Position numbers and translations under genes: made by a program. Below, piece by piece: positions 41,795-52,324 of a DNA stretch of 64,000 nt. The DNA is from Octopus sinensis. Taxonomy: Eukaryota. The notes under the pieces are model-generated. The model was not told the origin of the DNA. It ran no database searches and saw only the letters and a list, made by a program, of their open reading frames with translations. Location: the NCBI RefSeq assembly GCF_006345805.1, contig NC_042997.1, forward strand, positions 121,334,001 through 121,398,000. The letters run 5' to 3'. Every line of letters starts with the position of its first letter. Position 1 is the stretch's first letter.

Positions 41795-43239
41795 AATATA
41801 ATTCAAAACAATGTAATTCCGATCTGCTACGTCGAACCTTTAAACTTCCAATTCTGCCGGCGGGAAAAACAGTCACTGTAAATGTATAGGTTTCTCTGCA
41901 TTAAAACAAAGCGTAGAATTAAGCTTGTACTATAACGATGGTACCAGAGAATAGAATATAATGGGACGTATGTTGAAAAATATACGCTTTTTGTGTGTCA
42001 TTTGTTCGAACTATGAATTACAGCTTGAAATGCGAAGAAAACGTTTGACTGAAACTAGTACATGTGTACGCAAATAACCACAACTAGACACACACGCGCA
42101 CAAGTTTAATTTTATAGAAATTTAGTTAAAGTGTCATATTTTCCGCATTAACCATGCAGTAATCACATTAATTATGTTGATAATACATCTGGGATGGCAT
42201 CTTTCGTTACTACAGCTGTACAAAAGAGCAATCATATGTTGGGACGGTTTCAATCTGTTCTCACCTTTGTATCAAACGTATGGAAATCAATACCATTGAT
42301 ATGTAGGAACCGAAATATTATGTTCACACTACATTATCTTTGTGAAAATATTTATTCTCTTGATAGTGTTCGATTTCTAAGCGTCTGTTGAATCAGATGT
42401 TTCAGTGATGTGGAATAATTAATCATGCAAATATGGTAATTATTCATATTTAATGCTTTGCTTGCATACGTATCACTATAAAATTCACAAAACCCACTCC
42501 TGCGGCAAAATTACTGCTGAAAGATGATAATTTTAGACTGGAATACGGTTGACCGCATATATTTACATATTTCCGAACATCTGTTTAATAACATATATAC
42601 ATAAATAGTATCTCTTCTGCTGAATACAAAGTATGAAAATTACTATACTGATGACGCTTATTGAAGCAGAAACACATGTGTACAGCTGTCCTCTTGGTTG
42701 CAGTAAGAGAGTATTTCCCTTAATGGCACGAATATTTATTCTTGGGATTACGTGCAGTTTTTTTATTTGGAGTCGGTGACCATTGCTACTGTGCATGAGT
42801 TTATTCTTCTCAGGAATGTAAGATAAGTTCCATAGACCAACAACTGAGACAGTGTTTCATTCCTCCATATTAATCTTTGATATTTTGTATCCATGATACT
42901 GGGCAATCTGATTAATTACTGCTAGATAATTTACATTCTGTAAAATATATACAAACACTTATATATGCATATATATCAGTGTACGTATATACAAATATAT
43001 ACTCTCACACACAAGTGTGTGTGCATGTGTGTATGTGTGTATGTGCGTGTGTGTGAAATACTTATACACGGGCGCACAAAATCGCTGTACCTTAATTTTT
43101 GAAGTTAGCTCATCGTTAACATATAGACAAGCTGATAAGATTAAAACTATTCACTTAAACCAACTTGTGCAAAGATAGATAAATAGATAAATAGAAAGAA
43201 AGATAGATAGATAGTTATGTATATGCCCATATATAAATT

Positions 43240-43480
43240 GGTGCAGGAGTGGCTGTGTGGTAAGTAGCTTGGTTACCAACCACATGGTTCAGGGTTCATT
43301 CCCACTGCGTGGCACCTTGGGCAAGTGTCTTCTAATATAGCCTCGGGCCGACCCAAGCCTTGTGAGTGGATTGGTAGACGGAAACTGAAAGAAGCCCATC
43401 ATATACATATATATGATTGATTGATTGATTGATTGATTTTAGTTTCAGCTCATGAGCTGTGGCCATGCTGGGGCACCGTC

Positions 43481-43544
<64 letters not shown>

Positions 43545-43549
43545 GTATG

Positions 43550-43633
<84 letters not shown>

Positions 43634-43869
43634 ATGTATGTATGTGTGTATATATTTGTGTGTCTGTGTTTGTCTCCCCAACACCACTTGAAAACCGATG
43701 CCGGTGTGTTTATGTCCCCGTAACTTAGCGGTTCGACAGGAGAGACCGATAGAATAAGTAATAAGCTTAGAAAGAATAAATCCTGGGGCCGATTCGCTCG
43801 ACTAAAAGCGGTGCTCCACCATGGCCGCATTCAAATGACTGAAACAAGTAAAAGAGTAAAAGAGTAAAA
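43240..43869 (+). mobile_element. SINE (7561 family) with an antisense tail fragment and (GATT)n inside its internal microsatellite
   Basis: Head 43240-43400 and body/tail 43655-43869. Inserted at 43415-43480 is (GATT)n-TTTCAGCTCATGAGCTGTGGCCATGCTGGGGCACCG, also present at 33010-33055. Confidence 0.78.
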
Positions 43870-43945
43870 TAGCACACACACACACACGCATACACACACA
43901 CACACGCATACACACACACACACGCATACACACACACACACGCAT

Positions 43946-43980
<35 letters not shown>

Positions 43981-44061
43981 CAATTGCAGCGTGGAAGGTG
44001 TTTATAAGACATTTAAGAAACACACAAAAGCCGTTCGATTCACTCCAACATTTAAGTTTAA

Positions 44062-44111
44062 TTTGTCAAAATATTTTCGTCGCTAAAATCCGCGACCTGT
44101 TCACTGACAAA
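44062..44111 (-). ncRNA. Minimal type-I hammerhead ribozyme candidate with G3:C8 variant core (sense copy, 3' arm of PLE-A)
   Basis: Minus strand reads UUUGUCA-GUGAACA-G-GUCGC-GGAUUUUA-GCGAC-GAAA-AUAUUU-UGACAAA: 7-bp stem I, 5-bp stem II, palindromic AAUAUU stem III. Confidence 0.75.
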
Positions 44112-45110
44112 GTCCGTGCTGCATCTAAGAAAGTAACAGTTAGTTCGTCATATATATGTACGTATGTATGTGTGTATGTATGTATACATGTGTGTATGTA
44201 TGTATACATGTGTGTATGTATGTACGTATGCATGTACGCACATACGCCTGTGTATGCATGTATGTATGTATGTATGTATGTATGTATGTATGTATATGTG
44301 TATGTGTGTGTATAAGCACGCACATACACTCTATAAAACATAAAGTTATAAACCTGTAGCGATGGATGGATGTAGAGTGACCACTCATCACAACGCTATC
44401 AAATTTCAACTCCCTACGGCCGAGGCTGGAAAGTGAATTTATGACGCTTGCTCACAAGAACTATACCCTAAAATCTATTATCAGATTTTTATCTCTACAT
44501 CACAGAACTAATGTTTTACTATTGTTCGTATGTATGTATGTATGTGTGTATGTATTTATGTATGTATGTATGTATGTATGTATGTATGTATGTATGTATG
44601 TACATACGTACGCATGTGCGTATGTATGTATACGCGCTCGTATGCATGTGCCCATGTATGTGTGTGTGTACATGTACGTGCGTATGTACGTGTGTATGCC
44701 CATACGTAGGTATGTATGTATGTTTGTATTCATGTGCTACGTATGTATGTGAGTGTCTAGGAGAATGGGCAGATGTGTCCGTGAGAGTGTGTACATGTGT
44801 ATGTGTATGTGAACGTATGTCCGTGTACTGGCATGTGTCCGTCCAAGTTGTGTACATGACTGTTTACTTTGCTGAAGGTTGTATACATATTTACATATAT
44901 GTTTGTATAGACGCACACACATATATATATATATGTATATGGGTGTGTGTTTGTTCCTCTCATCATCGTCTAACCGTGAATGGATACAACGCCTAGGTGC
45001 AACTGTTCGTATCAAACAACGTCTGCTCATACCGTTGTATATAACTGCACATACGCATTGCAACCTGTATGTAAGGACTACAGGTGAAAGGGAGAGAGAG
45101 AGAGGGGTGG

Positions 45111-47435
45111 TTATAGAATAGTCCTTCTGAATGGGATCTGGATGTTATTCCATTCGGACTTTCGGTTGAGAGTAGGTTTGTATTCTTGTATACAAACGGC
45201 TTCTGTGACCTGTCTCAACATTGCATCGGTGGGATGTGTAGATAGGATGTTCAACTTAAGCTCCCCTAAGAATCCCTTGTGGCAGTCTACAGCATGTTGG
45301 TAGAAGATGGAGTTTGGCTTCCTTTCAATGTAGTTGTCCAGGTGTTCTTTGAACCTATCATTGATGCTTCTAGAGGTCTCACCTATGTATGACTCCGGGT
45401 TAGCCGCGCAAGCTCCCTCCTGGCACTTAATCTGGTATACAGTGCCCTTGGTTTTACAATTTACGTGTGGATTTGTCGAACACACTGCACAATTACTCTG
45501 ACAGGTGATTCTATCAAATGGATATGATCTGCATAATGCCGATTTGATAGTCCTACCTGTCTTTTCTACAACTTTAACTTTTAGGCCCGTAGTGCGCAGG
45601 ACTTTCTTGAATGCCTTACTTAGCTCGTTCTTAGGTGTGGCGTCAACGAACATCACTCCGTGAAATCTCCTGTTATCGTACCAAGTAACGTTTCTCATCT
45701 TTTTGTTGGTGTCCCTCTCTAACCTATTCCAGAACTTGTTGCGGTACAGGGGGCATATACCGTTTTCGTCGTTCCCTAGAATGCGTTCGAATCTAGCTTT
45801 CGCTCCTTTGTACACCCTGACTCTATCGTCTTGTGTGTATCCGGAGCGTTGCATTCGGAATATGTAGTGCTGGATGTGTTGTTGTCGTTCTTGTGGTTGG
45901 CATAGTGGTGATACATTCCTCATTACTCTAACTAAGTCTGTCACTAGGATGTTGAGTTTGGCAGTATCCGACATAGCTGAGTCACTACGGATTACTAGTG
46001 GATTAGCCATCGGTTTCTGATAGTGTGAGTGGAGTATACATGGTTTAATGGTACCATTAACCATAGCGTCTTCCATCCATAGCTCAGTATCTAGGACGGG
46101 TAATCGTTTACTGGGGTGTTTAGAGGGGTAGTCTATGGTAAGTTTTATACTGCTGTGGATAGAGTCAGCTATGTGTTGTATAGATGTCATCACCTGTTCT
46201 TCACTTGGTAGAGGGCCCATAACTGTGTCTGTATTACATTTCACATCAAGGTTAATGTCGTCGACGTAACGAGAGTACATAGCCAAGTGGATGTTACGGT
46301 TTGCTAGGCACTGTTTAAAACGCTTGTCCCACCATACCATGAAGAGGTTAGCAACGTCACCGGCGATCCCCACTCCAATAGCACCGCCTTTCGTTTGCTT
46401 ATACAGTTTGTTGTCAAATTTAAAAATATGTGTTTTTAGCGTAAGTCTCAGGCTGACACCGATAGCATGTGCGATGGTGGTTCTAATATCGTGTGCACTT
46501 GAGGGTGGGTAGTCCGGCTTTGTCCATCCCTGCCAACGCTCACAGTGAGTCTTCCTGTAAGCCGAGGTAATGGTAGGTGGTCTACCGCGTTTGTTACGGG
46601 TGGGACAAGCATATAGAAGGTTATTGCGCGACAGGTATTCATTGGTACACGTCAGGGCCAGGAAGAGCCCTAGTTCATATACATCCACATTCTTAAATAT
46701 CATACCACTCTCACTAACTATTTCTATACATTTATCGACAGCAAAGTCTATATCGATGGAGGGGTATAGTGATACCACATCCATGCTACCCACGATGTGG
46801 TTCTTGAGGTCACACGTGTTGTTGCATTCGCGGATCCTGCTAAGGAGGTCCTCAGTACTGTCACATACATCTGCAGATAGTTCTATTAACGGTCGTAGGA
46901 ATTGTGAGAGAAAGTATGATATTTTGTGGTTGTTTGCATTGTTGGCACCACAAACGGGTCGGGTGGGTGGCCCAAGTATATTGTCTGTGTGGCTCTTGTG
47001 ATCTTTGCGAAGGCCATATAGGGGTGGGATTTCGTTGTTGGTGGTTAAGAAGTTGTTAGCTGTGCGCTTCTCCGACTGGAGAATTATACTCCACATCCCC
47101 ATGTGAGCATTGACGATCTTTTCGTTCTCGATATATTCGAGTGTTGTGGTTTCTGTCATGTCTCTGATGTGTGGTTGCATGTTCGAGATGTAATTAGGTA
47201 TGTTGTCAACAGACATCCTACCTGATTTGTCAGTCGGGAAACATACAATCTCTCTGTTTTTGATGCGTCTTTTTAATATGTTAAGGCCTTTCTTAATTTT
47301 GGTGTTAAGATCGTGGGTCTTATTTACCGATCGTTCTTGTATCTGCCTTTGGGTGTAATTGAAGAAGGCTGATAGAATCTTGGCTTTAGTAAGTGTAAAC
47401 TTCGCTTCCAAAGCAGCGTCAGTATAGGGTGGCAT
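45111..47435 (-). CDS. Penelope-like retroelement (PLE-A) polyprotein: reverse transcriptase + C-terminal GIY-YIG endonuclease, 774 aa uninterrupted; probably 5'-truncated
   Basis: RT motifs GSMDVVSLYPSI, YKQTKGGAIGVGIAGDVANLFM and YSRYVDDI; Cys-rich linker CQSNCAVC...NCKTKG; GIY-YIG motif TVYQIKC...YIGETSRSINDRFKEH. The frame stays open upstream of the Met (LNLPFNKRVC-MPP) up to the inversion junction at ~47464. Confidence 0.95.
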   Translation of the reverse strand: MPPYTDAALEAKFTLTKAKILSAFFNYTQRQIQERSVNKTHDLNTKIKKGLNILKRRIKNREIVCFPTDKSGRMSVDNIPNYISNMQPHIRDMTETTTLEYIENEKIVNAHMGMWSIILQSEKRTANNFLTTNNEIPPLYGLRKDHKSHTDNILGPPTRPVCGANNANNHKISYFLSQFLRPLIELSADVCDSTEDLLSRIRECNNTCDLKNHIVGSMDVVSLYPSIDIDFAVDKCIEIVSESGMIFKNVDVYELGLFLALTCTNEYLSRNNLLYACPTRNKRGRPPTITSAYRKTHCERWQGWTKPDYPPSSAHDIRTTIAHAIGVSLRLTLKTHIFKFDNKLYKQTKGGAIGVGIAGDVANLFMVWWDKRFKQCLANRNIHLAMYSRYVDDINLDVKCNTDTVMGPLPSEEQVMTSIQHIADSIHSSIKLTIDYPSKHPSKRLPVLDTELWMEDAMVNGTIKPCILHSHYQKPMANPLVIRSDSAMSDTAKLNILVTDLVRVMRNVSPLCQPQERQQHIQHYIFRMQRSGYTQDDRVRVYKGAKARFERILGNDENGICPLYRNKFWNRLERDTNKKMRNVTWYDNRRFHGVMFVDATPKNELSKAFKKVLRTTGLKVKVVEKTGRTIKSALCRSYPFDRITCQSNCAVCSTNPHVNCKTKGTVYQIKCQEGACAANPESYIGETSRSINDRFKEHLDNYIERKPNSIFYQHAVDCHKGFLGELKLNILSTHPTDAMLRQVTEAVCIQEYKPTLNRKSEWNNIQIPFRRTIL

Positions 47436-48608
47436 GCATACTCTTTTGTTGAAGGGTAAGTTGAGACTGCCACAAGGGATCCTTAGGGGAGCTTAAGTTG
47501 AACATCCTATCTACACATCCCACCGATGCAATGTTGAGACAGGTCACAGAAGCCGTTTGTATACAAGAATACAAACCTACTCTCAACCGAAAGTCCGAAT
47601 GGAATAACATCCAGATCCCATTCAGAAGGACTATTCTATAACCACCCCTCTCTCTCTCTCCCTTTCACCTGTAGTCCTTACATACAGGTTGCAATGCGTA
47701 TGTGCAGTTATATACAACGGTATGAGCAGACGTTATTTGATACGAACAGTTGCACCTAGGCGTTGTATCCATTCACGGTTAGACGTTGATGAGAGGAACA
47801 AACACACACCCACACACATATATATATATGTGTGTGCGTCTATACAAACATATATGTAAATATGTATACAACCTTCAGCAAAGTAACAGTCATGTACACA
47901 ACTTGGACGGACACATGCCAGTACACGGACATACGTTCACATACACATACACATGTACACACTCTCACGGACACATCTGCCCATTCTCCTAGACACTCAC
48001 ATACATACGTAGCACATGAATACAACATACATACATACCTACGTATGGGCATACACACGTACATACGCACGTACATGTACACACACACATACATGGGCAC
48101 ATGCATACGAGCGCGTATACATACATACGCACATGCGTACGTATGTACATACATATATACATACATACATACATACATACATACATAAATACATACACAC
48201 ATACATACATACATACGAACAATAGTAAAACATTAGTTCTGTGATATAGAGATAAAAATCTGATAATAGATTTTAGGGTATAGTTCTTGTGAGCAAGCGT
48301 CATAAATTCACTTTCCAGCCTCGGCCGTAGGGAGTTGAAATTTGATAGCGTTGTGATGAGTGGTCACTCTACATCCATCCATCGCTACAGGTTTATAACT
48401 TTATGTTTTATAGGGTGTATGTGCGTGCTTATACACACACATACACATATACATACATACATACATACATACATACATACATGCATACACAGGCGTATGT
48501 GCGTACATGCATACGTACATACATACACACATGTATACATACATACACACATACATACGTACATATATATGACGAACTAACTGTTACTTTCTTAGATGCA
48601 GCACGGAC

Positions 48609-48658
48609 TTTGTCAGTGAACAGGTCGCGGATTTTAGCGACGAAAATATTTTGACAAA
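48609..48658 (+). ncRNA. Minimal type-I hammerhead ribozyme candidate with G3:C8 variant core (inverted 5' arm of PLE-A)
   Basis: Identical to the reverse complement of 44062-44111. Stem I 48609-48615/48652-48658, core 48616-48622, stem II 48624-48628/48637-48641, GAAA 48642-48645. Confidence 0.75.
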
Positions 48659-49318
48659 TTAAACTTAAATGTTGGAGTGAATCGAACGGCTTTTGTGTGT
48701 TTCTTAAATGGCTTATAAACACCTTCCACGCTGCAATTGTTTTCGTTTCAGCACACGATCTCAGATCAAATTACTTGCTATGCGAGTACATCTCCGTAAT
48801 AATATATATATATATATAGGTATAAACAATCACACAGATACAATATATAATACAACTTTCACTACTGTATTCTAAACCATAAACTATACATAGCAACTAC
48901 CATCATTGCTGCCGTTATATTTTTTTCCAGTTCAAAGTCTCTTCATAATACACGCAAATTAATAATAGCCCTATGAATAATCAAGAACAATGGCAGGCCT
49001 ATTGCATAAGTAAAGCAGCTAGCATGAAATCGTGACCAATTTTTTACCTAAGTTTATCTCTCACCCAAATAACTCTAATATATAGGCTTGCTATTCTACT
49101 AATAATTAATTAACTTCCTTAATTAAAGCCCTTGCCAAAGGCATAGTTGTGTAGCAAACACACATGTTATGGTATTTCGTAGACAGGCATTGATAAGAAG
49201 TAGTACACACACACACGTTCACACACTTAAACGCATACACACATATATATATATATACAGACATATACATGTACGTATATAAATATATACATGTACGTAT
49301 ATAAATATATACATGTAC

Positions 49319-49363
<45 letters not shown>

Positions 49364-49562
49364 CATATATATACATATATAAATACATATATACATATAT
49401 ATATATGTATATATATAAGTGTAGGCATGCCTGTGTGTGTATATATATATATATATATGTGTGTCTGTGTGTGTGTGTGTGTAATAGAAGTATGTTACAA
49501 AAAGAAAATAGAAACTACACGAGGAAATGTAAGGGGAAAGTAAGAAGAAATATATATATACA

Positions 49563-49624
<62 letters not shown>

Positions 49625-50254
49625 TGTGTGTGTGTGTGTGTGTGTGTGTATTGGTGATATGGTGGCGGAAGTGGGTATTTGAATAAATAGCAATTTGTGC
49701 ATCCGACTTAACATGGACGTACAGTGACACCGCCACAAAACCTCGGAGACCGTCTTCATAAGGAATCTTATATAGACGCATGAGGCTAAAAAAGTATAGA
49801 CATATCAGGTGCGAACGAAAAATGTCCCGCGCCCGCGTTGGAACTGCTGGATCATGTGATTTCTACGTGATTTGTGCGACCAGGGGACGCTAGAAATTTA
49901 AAGTGACGTTATCGAAACGAACAAGATATTGTGAGAGAAGGACAAGATGTTTAGAAAGATTGGGAGCGGGGAAATAAACAAAAGATAAAACAAAATGAAA
50001 GTGAAAGAGAGAGCGAAAGGGGAAATTTTGGAGTGCATCCGCCGAAACAAATGTAGATGATTCCATGATGTAAATGGTTTAACAACATCCTGAGATTTCT
50101 TCTCTTTGTTCAGATTTCCTATTTTCCATTAAATACAACTTGCTATTCCGTATTCAAATCCTGGGACACTGAAGCAATATTTAGCTACCTTGTAACAATT
50201 CCCCTGGATATTTCCTTTAATTGTAAACTATACATACATACATACATACATAAC

Positions 50255-50321
<67 letters not shown>

Positions 50322-50570
50322 CAGCGAGCTCGCGGTTGTAGGATCACGGTTTCGATTCCCAAACCGGCCGTTGTGATGTTATTGAGCTCCGGCATAGGGT
50401 GGTGGCGATGCCTGCTGTACTCTTTCACCACAACTTTCTCTTACTCTTTTCTTCTGTAGCTTGCTCGTTTAGCCAGCGGGGTGGCGTCATTTGAAAGTTT
50501 TAAACAATGCGAAGCGCATTGTGACCAGCGATGTGTAGCAACATCTGATAGCCTGGTCGGTCACGGTGAT
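50322..50570 (+). mobile_element. SINE (H1 + T1), slightly 5'-truncated
   Basis: Homologous to the reverse complement of 7131-7438. Confidence 0.82.
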
Positions 50571-50774
50571 ATATATAATATATATATATATATATAATAA
50601 TAAATATTAGGGAATATATCCAAATTTACAGGGAAAAAAATCAGATTTAGGATTAAATCCAATTTTATAGTAAAATATTATAAAATATTATTTGAGACAA
50701 AACCACTATTTTGCAAAACAAACAAGGAAAGACTTAATCAATACATAAAATTTAATAAATAGTCAAAAAAACCG

Positions 50775-50817
50775 CCACTACAATCGTTTCTTGTCTTGAT
50801 CGACAATCTTCAGGTGG
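50775..50817 (-). ncRNA. Minimal type-I hammerhead ribozyme (PLE-B inverted 5' arm)
   Basis: Exact reverse complement of 57655-57697. Confidence 0.85.
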
Positions 50818-52324
50818 ACTTCCAATCTAAAAAATCAAAATTTTAAAATATAAAAATAATACTTTAAATAATTAAAGTATAAATGAAAAAATATAAGTAT
50901 ATAATCCATATATAACCTATATATAATCCATATCGAAAATATAGACTAATTACCACGAATTCCCTAAAAAAACCATGATAAAACAAAACTCTTAAAAACA
51001 TATAACGATAAAATCTCCCTTGCTAAACTCTATAACAAACCTATAAAGTAAACCCCCTAACCTAAAATCACACACAAATACACACACGTAAACCACAGAC
51101 TCACGACTTATACACATACCTATACTAACTTAAACCTCAATATACACCAAAACCCACTCCCTCCCCACACAGACAAATTAACACATACATCCCAAAACCT
51201 AAATAACAAAACCATATACACATTCACACACAAAACACACACTCACACGCAAAACACTCACACACAAAGATACATATACTCCCTCACATATACGCCTATA
51301 CATACTCACTAAACTCGACATATACAACAATACTTACACACCCACAAAAAACATTATATACATTTATGAGCTTTAACTCACCTTAGCATCTCTAACAAAC
51401 AACTTGCAGTAACCCAATCCCATTCTCTATGCCTACCTCACTACTACACTATTCCATTCACATTCCAAGCAACGCTAGTCCACCACCCGGTTATTCACGT
51501 GGCAAAACGAACACCACTCAAAAAATTATGAATGAAACAATGTAAAAAAATAACCAACACCTAAAATAGACAAAATACCACGAATTACCTAAAAAAAACC
51601 ATGATAAACCAAAACTCATAAAAGCATATAACGATAAAATCTCCCTTTGCTAAACCCTATAACAAACTTATATAGCAATCCTCCTAACCTAAACATTCAC
51701 ACACAAAAAACCCACACGTAAACCACAGACCCAAGACTTATACACAAACTTACTAACTTATAAACCTCAATATACACCAAAACCACTCCTCCCCACACAG
51801 ACAAATTAACACATACATCCCAAATCCTAAATAACAAACCCAAATACACATTCACACACAAACACACACACACGCAAAACACACACACACAACAGATACA
51901 TATGCTCCCTCACATATACGCATATACATACTCACTAAAACTCGATATATACAACAATATTTACACCCCACACTCATACAGATAAATAAATTAATTATAC
52001 AATTAAAAACTCACAACCAATCTCATATACATAAACACTCTTATGAAAACAACAATAAATACATCGTAATTAACCAGAATATCAAAAATAACATTATGAC
52101 ATAAGGATAAATCAAATACATACTTACAATTCAGTTACAAATTATGAAGTGAAATTAGATTCTTAGCCGTTAAAAAACCAAACAAAATTACGTTACCATG
52201 GAAATAACTAATGTAAAAAAAGAATACGCGCCATAGAAAGTAAACGTCATAGGGAACGTCGTTGAAATTGTGAATGAATGGGTAGAGTTGGGAATTGTAA
52301 CCGGGTGGTGGACTAGTGTTGCTT

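Larger units (their letters stand above)
40217..41910. mobile_element. ~116-bp inverted repeats (40217-40332 / 41795-41910) enclosing a SINE and a mariner remnant
   Basis: TTTGTTTTAGTGCAGAGAAACCTATACATTTACAGTGA..CCCGCCGGCAGAATT vs AATTCTGCCGGCGGG..TCACTGTAAATGTATAGGTTTCTCTGCATTAAAACAAA. Confidence 0.85.
43980..48740 (-). mobile_element. PLE-A full insertion with inverted arms (43980-45288 / 47465-48740)
   Basis: ACAATTGCAGCGTGGAAGGT at 43980 is the reverse complement of 48721-48740. At the inner ends, 45256-45288 matches the reverse complement of the ~47465-47497 segment. The left end abuts (TA)n. Confidence 0.93.

Noticed and set aside
46291-47001. Plus-strand ORFs overlapping the PLE-A ORF
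   Set aside because: They are antisense shadows of the real coding frame.
48349-48390. GTGATGAG-TGGTCA-CTC as a second hammerhead in the PLE-A UTR
   Set aside because: It is followed by TACA rather than GAAA, and there is no stem III.
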